Under the pieces are notes generated by a model that did no database searches, was not told the origin of the DNA, and saw only the letters and a list, made by a program, of their open reading frames with translations. The translations under genes and the position numbers were made by a program. This document shows positions 14,979 through 22,564 of a stretch of 32,000 nt of DNA, one piece after another. Each line of letters opens with the position of its first letter. Positions within the stretch are counted from its first letter, which is position 1. Source of the DNA: Thermodesulfobacteriota bacterium (GTDB lineage Bacteria; Desulfobacterota; WTBG01; JAGOGO01); contig CP113000.1 in assembly GCA_026625185.1 (NCBI GenBank), positions 120,001 through 152,000 of the forward strand, written 5' to 3'.

Positions 14979-15096
14979 AAAAGTCAATAATTATGGAAAA
15001 TTCCGACAAATAAAACCCCGCTCGATCTATGACGAAGGAGCGGGGCAAAATTCTAAACTATGTATAATTAAACGTCTGCTGATTTAACTTTGAATT
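14979..15096 (-). repeat. Copy B (intact) of the 3'UTR/terminator module
   Basis: Aligns with both halves of copy A. Begins 9 nt after the porin stop codon when read on the minus strand. Confidence 0.7.
15008..15045 (-). terminator. Rho-independent terminator after the porin gene
   Basis: Perfect 8-bp GC-rich stem (CCCCGCTC 15016-15023 / GAGCGGGG 15038-15045), 14-nt loop, followed on the minus strand by TTTTATTT. Confidence 0.6.
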
Positions 15097-15104
15097 CCTT
15101 TTTT

Positions 15105-16451
15105 CTAAAAAGTAACCACCGTCTGGAAATAAACCCAGTCGGCATCATCAGAGCTGCCGGTATCCTTAACATATTCTCCGCAGAAAAAGTGAGCGTACCC
15201 ACCTTCAAGAGTCAAAAAGCTAAGGGGCTTACAGGTCATGACCACGTCCAACTCATCCCCCACATAATCCGACACATCGGCCGAGGTGCCTTTGCGTATC
15301 TTCTTGCCCGAAGCGTTATACCAGGCGTCTTCGGTTTCATCCAGATAAAATCTATGATACTGGAGAGATCCTTTCAGGCGGTCTTTAATAGGCGTAAAAT
15401 CCAGGAAACAAGCAACCTCTTTCACGTTTTGCCAGCGAAAAAAGTCAATAATGCCATAAGGCTCGTGGGTAGATTGAAATAAAGGAATAAAAGTTTCAGA
15501 TTTCCCGTCATGCGGCTTGTCGTCGCCGCTGGCAAAGTTGTATTCAATCTTCGCGACCGGTTGAGCAAAACAGTTTTTAAAGGTGTAATTGATATCCCCG
15601 TGCCAGGCATAGGCCTTAATCGTATCGGTTGCTTTATCACCAAGCTGCCAGGCAAATTCGTAACCATAACCCAAAGCATCATAGCACGGCAGCTTACCTT
15701 CACCCCGTGTTCCCAGGGTGACGCGTTCAGAATCGCCATTCTGTTGGTCCTCACCGGTTACCTCCCGATGTTTATCAATAAGGTTTAAGGCGTACAGATC
15801 AAAAACCGATCCCTTAATTCCTTTAAAGGTGGAGTAAACACCGAAAAAGTGTTCGCCAAACTTACCGTCATTAAAATGTCTATCAAGATATTGAACCACG
15901 TTCCCCCAAAACAGGTCAACATCAAACAAATTTGGGTTATAGGTGAGCTTAAAAGCGTCAAAGGAACGCATCAAATTTGGCCACGCAGAACAATGCACCA
16001 AGCGTTTAGCCCCGTAACTTAATTCTTGCCTTCCAATCTTCAGACTCACGGGAAGGTCATTGGGCTTTGATAATAAAAAATATAATTGGTGGAGATCGAA
16101 ATCGTCTTTCTGTGGTTTGGGGCTCACATCTGAGTCCCACTCCCGACCATCCAATCCCTCAAAAAAAAGCAAAACCTTATCATTGATATTTGCGCCCACG
16201 TTGAACCTGGTGCGGGCATAGACGTATCCGTCCTTGTCATTAACGTCATCGTCAAAATCGAAATCCTTCTTATACTCATAGCGGAGACGATACTCGCCTC
16301 CCCAGGTGATTTTTACATTATCAAATTTAAACTCCTTAATCGTTTTAGGCAAAAGCCCTGCATTTTCAGCGCCGAACGCTGTCCCCCCAAAACTCATTAT
16401 ACAAACAACGAAACAAATTTCTAATGCCCAAAAATAGTTCCGTTTCCTCAT
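15105..16451 (-). CDS. Outer-membrane beta-barrel porin (alginate-export/AlgE-like family candidate)
   Basis: Signal peptide (MRKRNYFWALEICFVVCIMSFGGTAFGAEN), WGGEYRLRYEY-type first strand, alternating beta pattern throughout, C-terminal ...FQTVVTF. Start placed at the second ATG (16451), which has a GGGAGAG SD. The track ORF starts 7 codons earlier at 16472. Confidence 0.8.
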   Translation of the reverse strand: MRKRNYFWALEICFVVCIMSFGGTAFGAENAGLLPKTIKEFKFDNVKITWGGEYRLRYEYKKDFDFDDDVNDKDGYVYARTRFNVGANINDKVLLFFEGLDGREWDSDVSPKPQKDDFDLHQLYFLLSKPNDLPVSLKIGRQELSYGAKRLVHCSAWPNLMRSFDAFKLTYNPNLFDVDLFWGNVVQYLDRHFNDGKFGEHFFGVYSTFKGIKGSVFDLYALNLIDKHREVTGEDQQNGDSERVTLGTRGEGKLPCYDALGYGYEFAWQLGDKATDTIKAYAWHGDINYTFKNCFAQPVAKIEYNFASGDDKPHDGKSETFIPLFQSTHEPYGIIDFFRWQNVKEVACFLDFTPIKDRLKGSLQYHRFYLDETEDAWYNASGKKIRKGTSADVSDYVGDELDVVMTCKPLSFLTLEGGYAHFFCGEYVKDTGSSDDADWVYFQTVVTF

Positions 16452-16514
16452 GTTCTCTCCCTTTTTCGACATTAGTTTTTTCTAAATTAAAATCTAAAAC
16501 CAATTGATTTCGGC

Positions 16515-16544
16515 ATTATATTTCATAGATTTTAAATCTAACAA
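16515..16544 (-). promoter_or_regulatory. Candidate promoter for the porin gene
   Basis: Minus-strand TTGTTA (16544-16539), 18-nt spacer, TATAAT (16520-16515), in an AT-rich 434-nt gap. Confidence 0.35.
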
Positions 16545-16682
16545 ATGATTTTTATCAGTTAATAAGATATTTTTTATCAGGATATTTATTCAGAATAGCC
16601 TATTAAATAAATGGGAATACTTACCGAACCTATTATTTATCCATAATAAAATCCAATATCAGCAAATTACATTTCTTCTATG

Positions 16683-16785
16683 GGTTGATAGCAGTGGGGT
16701 AAAAAACTGGTGACCAAAATCATTTTTTCCTAAACTACCGGATTATCTTCTCTCCTGCCGGCAAGATCAATTAACCAATATATGA
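16683..16785 (-). pseudogene. Decayed fragment homologous to the 3' end of tupA
   Basis: Nucleotide similarity to 16931-17030 (GATAGC.GTGGGG.TAAAAA..TGG.TGACC.AA..TAT.TTTTCC.AAACT.CCGGATTATCTTCT). In the homologous frame it reads EKIIR*FRKK*, with stops and an indel. Confidence 0.6.
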
Positions 16786-16906
16786 TTTTGAATATGACAA
16801 AACCTGGAGAGATTCACGGGACAATAACTCTAATTTTACTTAGCCCAAACTTACCTCCCGGGTAGAGGCAAATTTGGGCTGTTCTGTTCGCTCAACAATT
16901 GGAAAA

Positions 16907-17752
16907 TCAATTATTTTTTCCAACTGCTTCGGGGATAGCGGTGGGGATAAAAAGTGGTTGACCGAACTTATCTTTTCCAAACTCCCGGATTATCTTCTGG
17001 CCTTCGGTTGAGGTCAGCCAGCCAATGTAGGCCATAGCATAAACATATTTAACCTGAGGGAACTTGGCGGGATTAACCGCAATCACACCGTACGGGTTGT
17101 TTAAAACCGGGTCACCTTGGCAGAGAATTTTTAATCCGATTTTTCCTCCATAGGCCAAGTAAGTTCCCCGGTCTGATAAAGCATACGCCTGTTTCTCGTT
17201 CGCCATCGTCAAAACAGGTCCCATGCCTTGGCCGGCTTCCATATACCATTTCCCTTGGGGCTTGATTCCCGCCTTTTCCCAGATCTTTAATTCTTTTTTA
17301 TGAGTTCCCGAATCGTCTCCCCGGGATATAAAAGGCGCGTGGGCAAGTGCGATCTTCTTCAAGGCTTCCTTAGCATCAGTTGTACCTTTGATCTTGGCTG
17401 GATCCTTTTCCGGCCCAATGATAATAAAATCATTGTACATAACGAACCGCCGGTTAACACCCGAGCCATTCGCGACAAACTTATCTTCTGCCTCACGAGC
17501 GTGTACCAGAACCACATCAACATCTCCCCGTGCGCCCAGCTCCAAAGCCTTTCCGGTTCCCACGGAAATCACGTCTACCTTAATATTCATCATCTTTTCA
17601 AAGGGCGGATTAAGTGACTGAAGGATCCCGGTATCCTCAGTGCTGGTAGTGGTGGCTAATCGAAGCCGCAGTTCTTCAGCACGAATAATTCCTGTGGTAC
17701 TAATTACGAAAAGCACCAAAACCATAAAAACTAATCCCCATTTTTTTCCCAT
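16907..17752 (-). CDS. tupA: Tungstate ABC transporter substrate-binding protein TupA (canonical)
   Basis: Signal peptide, TupA signature LATTTSTEDTGIL, VLVHA, SRGDDSGTHKKELKIW. SD AAGGAGG. Confidence 0.85.
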   Translation of the reverse strand: MGKKWGLVFMVLVLFVISTTGIIRAEELRLRLATTTSTEDTGILQSLNPPFEKMMNIKVDVISVGTGKALELGARGDVDVVLVHAREAEDKFVANGSGVNRRFVMYNDFIIIGPEKDPAKIKGTTDAKEALKKIALAHAPFISRGDDSGTHKKELKIWEKAGIKPQGKWYMEAGQGMGPVLTMANEKQAYALSDRGTYLAYGGKIGLKILCQGDPVLNNPYGVIAVNPAKFPQVKYVYAMAYIGWLTSTEGQKIIREFGKDKFGQPLFIPTAIPEAVGKNN

Positions 17753-17853
17753 AGAACCTCCTTGGTTTGATAAAAAGTTTGATATAAACTATCCTCTTTT
17801 ACCATATCACCCTACCTCACGTAAAACACGTGCACAGGTGACTCTAAAATTAT

Positions 17854-18684
17854 CTACTCCCCAAAACATTGGGAAGCTGAAAAGTACAAGGGCTCACCAA
17901 ACTCTTCCCTTCCAAAGGTAGCAATGATCTTTTGCCCTTGTGCACCCCTCAAAAATTCAACAAATTTTTTTGCCGGCTCATAGTTCGCTTGAGGATACAT
18001 TGTCGGGTTAGTTGTGAGTGCATGGTATCGATTGATAAGCATCGAGTCACCTTCGAAAAGGACCGCAAGGGTTAAGGCGTGGTTTTCCTTGCGCGCCACA
18101 ATATAGGTTGACCGATCCACCATAAAATAGCCGTTTTCATTCGCTGCCTTCTGAAGCGAAGCCATCATAAAATCTTTTGAGGTTCGATACCAGCTACCGG
18201 CGGGTTTTATTCCCGTTTTTTCCCAGATACCCAGTTCCTTTTTGTGAGTGCCGGAGTTATCTCCGCGGGTAATGAAGACTGCCTCTTTCTCAGCGATCTT
18301 CTTATAGGCACAGAGGACATCCTTACACTCCTTGATTGCCGCTGGATCTTCCTTGGGCCCCAGAACAACAAAATCATTGCCGCCAATATACGTCCGGTTA
18401 AGCGCCCAGCCTTCTTCTACGCCCTTTGCCTCTTCAGCCGGAGCATGCACCATAATGACATCAACCGTTCCGCTCTTAAGCATCTGTAACGACTCGCCTG
18501 AACCCGCCTTGGTCACGTTCAGTTCACAAGGAATCTCCTTTTTAAACTCGGCAAAAAGGGCATCCACCAACCCTAACTCATAGGGCGAACCAGTAGCCAA
18601 ACGTAAGGTGGTTGCCAAAAGAGAAGAAGGCACTACTAAAACCATCGGTAAAACAAAAAGTAAAAATATTCGGACCAATCTCAT
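17854..18684 (-). CDS. TupA-family periplasmic binding protein paralog lacking the TTTS motif
   Basis: Collinear with TupA1 (IMVHAP, TRGDNSGTHKKELGIWEK, GIKP.G.WY). The N-terminal anion-binding motif is LATGSPYELGLVDAL instead of ATTTSTEDTGIL. Signal peptide and SD GAGGAG present. Confidence 0.8.
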   Translation of the reverse strand: MRLVRIFLLFVLPMVLVVPSSLLATTLRLATGSPYELGLVDALFAEFKKEIPCELNVTKAGSGESLQMLKSGTVDVIMVHAPAEEAKGVEEGWALNRTYIGGNDFVVLGPKEDPAAIKECKDVLCAYKKIAEKEAVFITRGDNSGTHKKELGIWEKTGIKPAGSWYRTSKDFMMASLQKAANENGYFMVDRSTYIVARKENHALTLAVLFEGDSMLINRYHALTTNPTMYPQANYEPAKKFVEFLRGAQGQKIIATFGREEFGEPLYFSASQCFGE

Positions 18685-18727
18685 CGTAGTCTCCTCAATC
18701 TATAGTTGAACTCATCGTCATAAGTTT

Positions 18728-19459
18728 TTATTTAACGTATTTGTCTTTATACTCTTTCCAGGAAAAGTCGCTGACCGGTGTAACGGTGAAGACTTCCTTT
18801 TCCGGGGCCGTAAGAATCCGGACCGTCACGCACCGGGACATTGCCTCATACTGAGCATTGGCTTCCGGGTCGGTATCTTTTTTTGCTCTTAACTCTTGCA
18901 TCTCCTTGGGGAATTGAAATGTTGTGGTAAGTTTAATCGCTTTGCCGGTGCTCATGCCGGCAAAAATATAGCAGGAATCACCGATGGTTTTGTCAAACGC
19001 CAAATTGCCGTTAAACGCCCCTTCTGACCCTTTACCGTAGCGAGCGCCGGTCAGGTAACTGATCGCATCCGCAGGACACGCCCGCGGAGTGCCGCTCACC
19101 ACAAATTGATCACCCCGCAGAGGAATTTCTCCCGGATAGAGCTGTGCTAATGCAATCTGAGTAGCGCGGTAACCGAGCGCTATTCCCGGGCAGACGTGAC
19201 CATGAAATTTTTCCAGATCCCCAAAGGTAAGGGTGATATTTTTGATAGTGGCGCACTGAGGCTGCGCGCCTTCTTTGCCCTTATCAAATTTATGTTGTGG
19301 CTTTTCTTGCCCCGGTAGCTTCACGGTAATGGTGGGGATTCCTTCCCACGTGCCACCGCCACCCGCAAGTGCTTTTGTCACCCATGGCAGGACGCAGAAG
19401 GATAGTAAGGCGATAAAAGTAATGGTAATGCCCAAGCAAACTTTTCTGTAATGTTTCAT
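18728..19459 (-). CDS. Exported or membrane-anchored FmdE-domain protein
   Basis: FHGHVCPGIALGYR is the hallmark of the FmdE family (formylmethanofuran dehydrogenase subunit E-like). N-terminal hydrophobic signal/anchor MKHYRKVCLGITITFIALLSFCVLPWVTKALAGGGG. SD AAGGAGG. Confidence 0.75.
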   Translation of the reverse strand: MKHYRKVCLGITITFIALLSFCVLPWVTKALAGGGGTWEGIPTITVKLPGQEKPQHKFDKGKEGAQPQCATIKNITLTFGDLEKFHGHVCPGIALGYRATQIALAQLYPGEIPLRGDQFVVSGTPRACPADAISYLTGARYGKGSEGAFNGNLAFDKTIGDSCYIFAGMSTGKAIKLTTTFQFPKEMQELRAKKDTDPEANAQYEAMSRCVTVRILTAPEKEVFTVTPVSDFSWKEYKDKYVK

Positions 19460-19541
19460 ACTGTGTCCTCCTTGTTATAAAAATTTTTTATATGCGTCAA
19501 AACGATGTGCCCATATGGGCAAGGAAAAGCTTTTGCTAAGC

Positions 19542-20303
19542 TCACTCAAGTCGGTAGATTATCGGCACGCGCACTTCGGCCCTAACCGGCGGCTTGGGGA
19601 AGGGTGCTACTGCCTCTACCGTTTTAACCACATTATCATCCAGCACGTCAAACCCTGAACTCTTGGCGATCTTTATAGTGGTAGCGTTTCCATTTTCCAA
19701 AATTATGAACTCTATGATCACTTTCCCTTGCCAACCCATTCGCTGCGCCCTTGCTGGGTAGGTAATATTTTCTTGGATGATTTTTTTGATATAAGCAAAA
19801 TGCTCACTCAGATACTTTTTTCTAAGTGAATCGGCCGAAATCCCTCCCGTACCATTACCGGCCCCCCCCACCAAACCTCCCCCTCCTCCAAGGCCGGTGC
19901 CGCAAGCAGACTGGTCTCCGGTACCGGGAAGTGTTTCCGTCAGCGGTTGAGTCTTCGGAACCTCGGCTGAAGCTATCGGTACCGGACCTTGCTCCTCAAC
20001 GGGGGTTACAATTTTAGGCTCCGAACATTCATCTACCTTCTTTTCCAGTTGCCTAATCTTTTGCACTATTTTTGGGTTTTCTATTGGTTTTGGTTTATCC
20101 GGTTCCGGCATTTTGGGGGCGAGCAAAACTTTTTCATCTTTCGGAGGCCCGGGAGAATTAATGACCGATTCCAGAATGCTTAAATCAATAATCACCGGTT
20201 TAGTATTCATCAAGGCGCTGGTCGTTCCGATAACCCCGGCCAAAACAATAACCACGGTATGGATAATTAAAGAAACTAAAAACCCGCACGCCTGGCGCTT
20301 CAT
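19542..20303 (-). CDS. tonB: Energy transducer TonB
   Basis: N-terminal TM anchor, Pro/Lys-rich spacer (PKMPEPDKPKPIENPK), Gly-rich linker. C-terminal TonB domain: AQRMGWQGKVIIEFIILENG...SSGFDVLD...PFPKPP. Confidence 0.85.
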   Translation of the reverse strand: MKRQACGFLVSLIIHTVVIVLAGVIGTTSALMNTKPVIIDLSILESVINSPGPPKDEKVLLAPKMPEPDKPKPIENPKIVQKIRQLEKKVDECSEPKIVTPVEEQGPVPIASAEVPKTQPLTETLPGTGDQSACGTGLGGGGGLVGGAGNGTGGISADSLRKKYLSEHFAYIKKIIQENITYPARAQRMGWQGKVIIEFIILENGNATTIKIAKSSGFDVLDDNVVKTVEAVAPFPKPPVRAEVRVPIIYRLE

Positions 20304-20680
20304 CGCTTAATCTCGGTTTGAAGGCTTACCTTGGTAAATCCTAAAGTTTTTACTAAATCAAGCACATCCACAAATACCTGGAGCGCAATTTCCCGATCCG
20401 CCTTGATAAGAACAGGATTGTTTTTATCCAACTTCTGCATTGAGTCTTGGAGGCTTTCTATGGTCATGGGCCGGGAATTGAAATAGATCAGCCCGTTTTT
20501 ATCTATCTCAACGGTCTGAATCTTCAGGGTCATTTCCTGCTTATGCGCTGCCCGGGGAAGGTCTATTGGAATAACGCCTGTGGCAATAAAGGTGGAGGTG
20601 GTAAGCACAATCGTTAAAAGCACCAGCATCACATCAACCAACGGGATTACGTTGATATAATCAAATTCCTTTTCTTCCAT
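20300..20680 (-). CDS. exbD: Biopolymer transport protein ExbD/TolR
   Basis: 126 aa, [20 protein letters not shown] segment plus periplasmic domain. 4-nt overlap with tonB. Confidence 0.85.
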   Translation of the reverse strand: MEEKEFDYINVIPLVDVMLVLLTIVLTTSTFIATGVIPIDLPRAAHKQEMTLKIQTVEIDKNGLIYFNSRPMTIESLQDSMQKLDKNNPVLIKADREIALQVFVDVLDLVKTLGFTKVSLQTEIKR

Positions 20681-21095
20681 GCCTTATCTCCCATTTCATC
20701 ATGATCACCTTCACCCGCCTCAACAGCACGTTATAAAGAACCACCGACGGTATGGCCACCAGTAACCCCACAGCCGTCGCCTTTAAGGCCAGAGCCAGGC
20801 CAATCATGATTTTATTGGTATCCATAAAGCCTTCTTTGCCCATGGTGTAAAAGGTCAACATGATGCCCAGGACGGTTCCCAACAACCCGATATACGGAGC
20901 ATTGCTTCCCACGGTGGCGATAATATGAAGTTTCGCGGTGAGTTTAAGTTCCAGGGTCTTTAAATCAGAAAAATCTCTTACCTTGATGTGCCGGTACACC
21001 AGAAACCGCTCAATGGCGATACCCACCGATAACACACTCATAAAAACTAAAACTCCGATTATTCCGTAATCAACGATTGCTTTAAGCCAGTCCAT
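20661..21095 (-). CDS. exbB: MotA/TolQ/ExbB proton-channel protein (short form)
   Basis: 144 aa, three TM segments, [19 protein letters not shown] motif. 20-nt overlap with exbD. Confidence 0.85.
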   Translation of the reverse strand: MDWLKAIVDYGIIGVLVFMSVLSVGIAIERFLVYRHIKVRDFSDLKTLELKLTAKLHIIATVGSNAPYIGLLGTVLGIMLTFYTMGKEGFMDTNKIMIGLALALKATAVGLLVAIPSVVLYNVLLRRVKVIMMKWEIRHGRKGI

Positions 21096-21154
21096 TGATT
21101 TTTTTGTGCTCCTTTAAGTATGTCCTTGCGCGTTACCAGGGAGGAGTTCTTTTT

Positions 21155-22549
21155 TTATCTATCGTGACTCCTCTGCTTTAATTTTGCCAGGCGACTTATA
21201 ACAAGGTATATAATCCCACCCAGGGCAATGGTTCCTAAACCCCAACCGGATGTTAGTGGTTTATCCTTTAGAGAATAAAAGATGATCCAGAGGTTACCCA
21301 CAATAAATATGATCGGCGTCAATGGGTATCCCCAGGTCTTGTAAGTCGAGTGCCGACGATGATTTCGTCTCCTGAGGATAATCAGGCCGCAGACCGTGAG
21401 CACCGCAAAAAGGGATAAGGTGAATCCGATATAAATAAGAAGTTTATCAAATGAAGCAGTTACGGCCATGACAATAGCGAGGAACCCCTGCAAAACAATA
21501 GCATGAGCAGGAGTATGATGTTTTTTTCTGAGCTTTGCTAACGTCTTAATAAAAACTCCATCCCGCGCCATGGCGTAATATACTCTGGGACCTGCCAAAA
21601 TCATGGCGCTGGTTACCGAGAGCAGACCGATCGCGATTGCTCCAGCAACAAAATAGCTCGCCTTCTCACCAAAGAGCGTTACCGCGGCCTTTGCTCCTAC
21701 CTCTAATACCCCGCTCATCTCCGGCACGCTGAGCGCATAGAGGTAGGTTAGGTTTAAAAGGAAATAAAGAATCATTACCAAAAAAGTCCCGGTTAAAAGC
21801 GAAAACGGAATGTTGCGGGCCGAGTTTTTAATTTCGCTTCCCAAATAAGCAGCCGCATTCCAGCCGCTGTAAGCAAAAGAGATAAAAATAAGCGAGACGG
21901 CAAAGGAGCCCGAAAAAACCGAAGCGGTTTGCGAAGTATCGAACAGGCGCGGCATCGAGCCTTTTCCCAGAAAGAACCCTCCGGCCACAAAGCTCACAAT
22001 CAACAGAAGCTTGAAGGTAGTCAACACATTTTGCACCCGGCTTCCGAACCAAAGACTGTGGGCATGGATCAGGGAAAAAATAATGACGATCACTGAGGCA
22101 AGCATGGTGACGGGCGTGACAATCAGGATTGAACTGTTGCAAAGCGAGGCGTTCATGTCCATAGGCAAGAGGTTGGGGAACGCGCGAAAAAAATAGGTGG
22201 AAAAAGCGATAGTAGCCGCGGCAATGGGAGCGGAAAATCCAACGATCAATGATATCCAACCGGAAAGAAAGGCCGTCAATTTTCCGAAGCTTTCCCGCAG
22301 ATAGACGTATTCTCCTCCGGCGAGGGGAAACATTGCTCCCAGCTCTCCATAGCAGAGAGCGCCGGAAAGAGCGAAAATGCCGCCGATAATCCAGCACAAG
22401 AGCATGGCGCCGGGACTTCCGAGTTCTTGAATAATAAATCCCGAAGTCGTAAAAATCCCGGTGCCGATCATGTTGGCCACCACCAGAATCGTGGCCGAGA
22501 AAAAACCGATCTCGCGCTTTAACCCATTGCTGACATCGTTATGGTTCAT
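21155..22549 (-). CDS. APC-superfamily (amino acid/polyamine/organocation) permease
   Basis: 464 aa, ~12 TM segments, N-terminal FSATILVVANMIGTGIFTTSG motif typical of APC transporters. Substrate not inferable. Confidence 0.8.
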   Translation of the reverse strand: MNHNDVSNGLKREIGFFSATILVVANMIGTGIFTTSGFIIQELGSPGAMLLCWIIGGIFALSGALCYGELGAMFPLAGGEYVYLRESFGKLTAFLSGWISLIVGFSAPIAAATIAFSTYFFRAFPNLLPMDMNASLCNSSILIVTPVTMLASVIVIIFSLIHAHSLWFGSRVQNVLTTFKLLLIVSFVAGGFFLGKGSMPRLFDTSQTASVFSGSFAVSLIFISFAYSGWNAAAYLGSEIKNSARNIPFSLLTGTFLVMILYFLLNLTYLYALSVPEMSGVLEVGAKAAVTLFGEKASYFVAGAIAIGLLSVTSAMILAGPRVYYAMARDGVFIKTLAKLRKKHHTPAHAIVLQGFLAIVMAVTASFDKLLIYIGFTLSLFAVLTVCGLIILRRRNHRRHSTYKTWGYPLTPIIFIVGNLWIIFYSLKDKPLTSGWGLGTIALGGIIYLVISRLAKLKQRSHDR

Positions 22550-22564
22550 GTTGCCTGATACTTT

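Noticed and set aside
14763-15087. Plus-strand ORFs 14763-14990 and 14893-15087 in the YihY-porin intergenic region
   Set aside because: No SD. The translations are low-complexity and hydrophobic from AT-rich DNA. The region is better explained by the 3'UTR/terminator module and the YihY promoter.
15090-15788. ORFs 15090-15482 (+), 15422-15754 (-) and 15510-15788 (+) inside the porin gene
   Set aside because: They overlap a confident beta-barrel gene and have no independent support.
17300-18583. Plus-strand ORFs antisense to tupA1/tupA2 (17300-17617, 17388-17621, 17640-17921, 18244-18489, 18332-18583)
   Set aside because: These are shadow ORFs; both TupA genes have signal peptides, family motifs and strong SDs.
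21793-22397. Minus-strand out-of-frame ORFs 21793-21990 and 21828-22397 (189 aa), and plus-strand 22011-22196, inside the APC permease gene
   Set aside because: Arg-rich translations typical of an off-frame reading of a membrane-protein gene; the permease frame is clearly the coding one.
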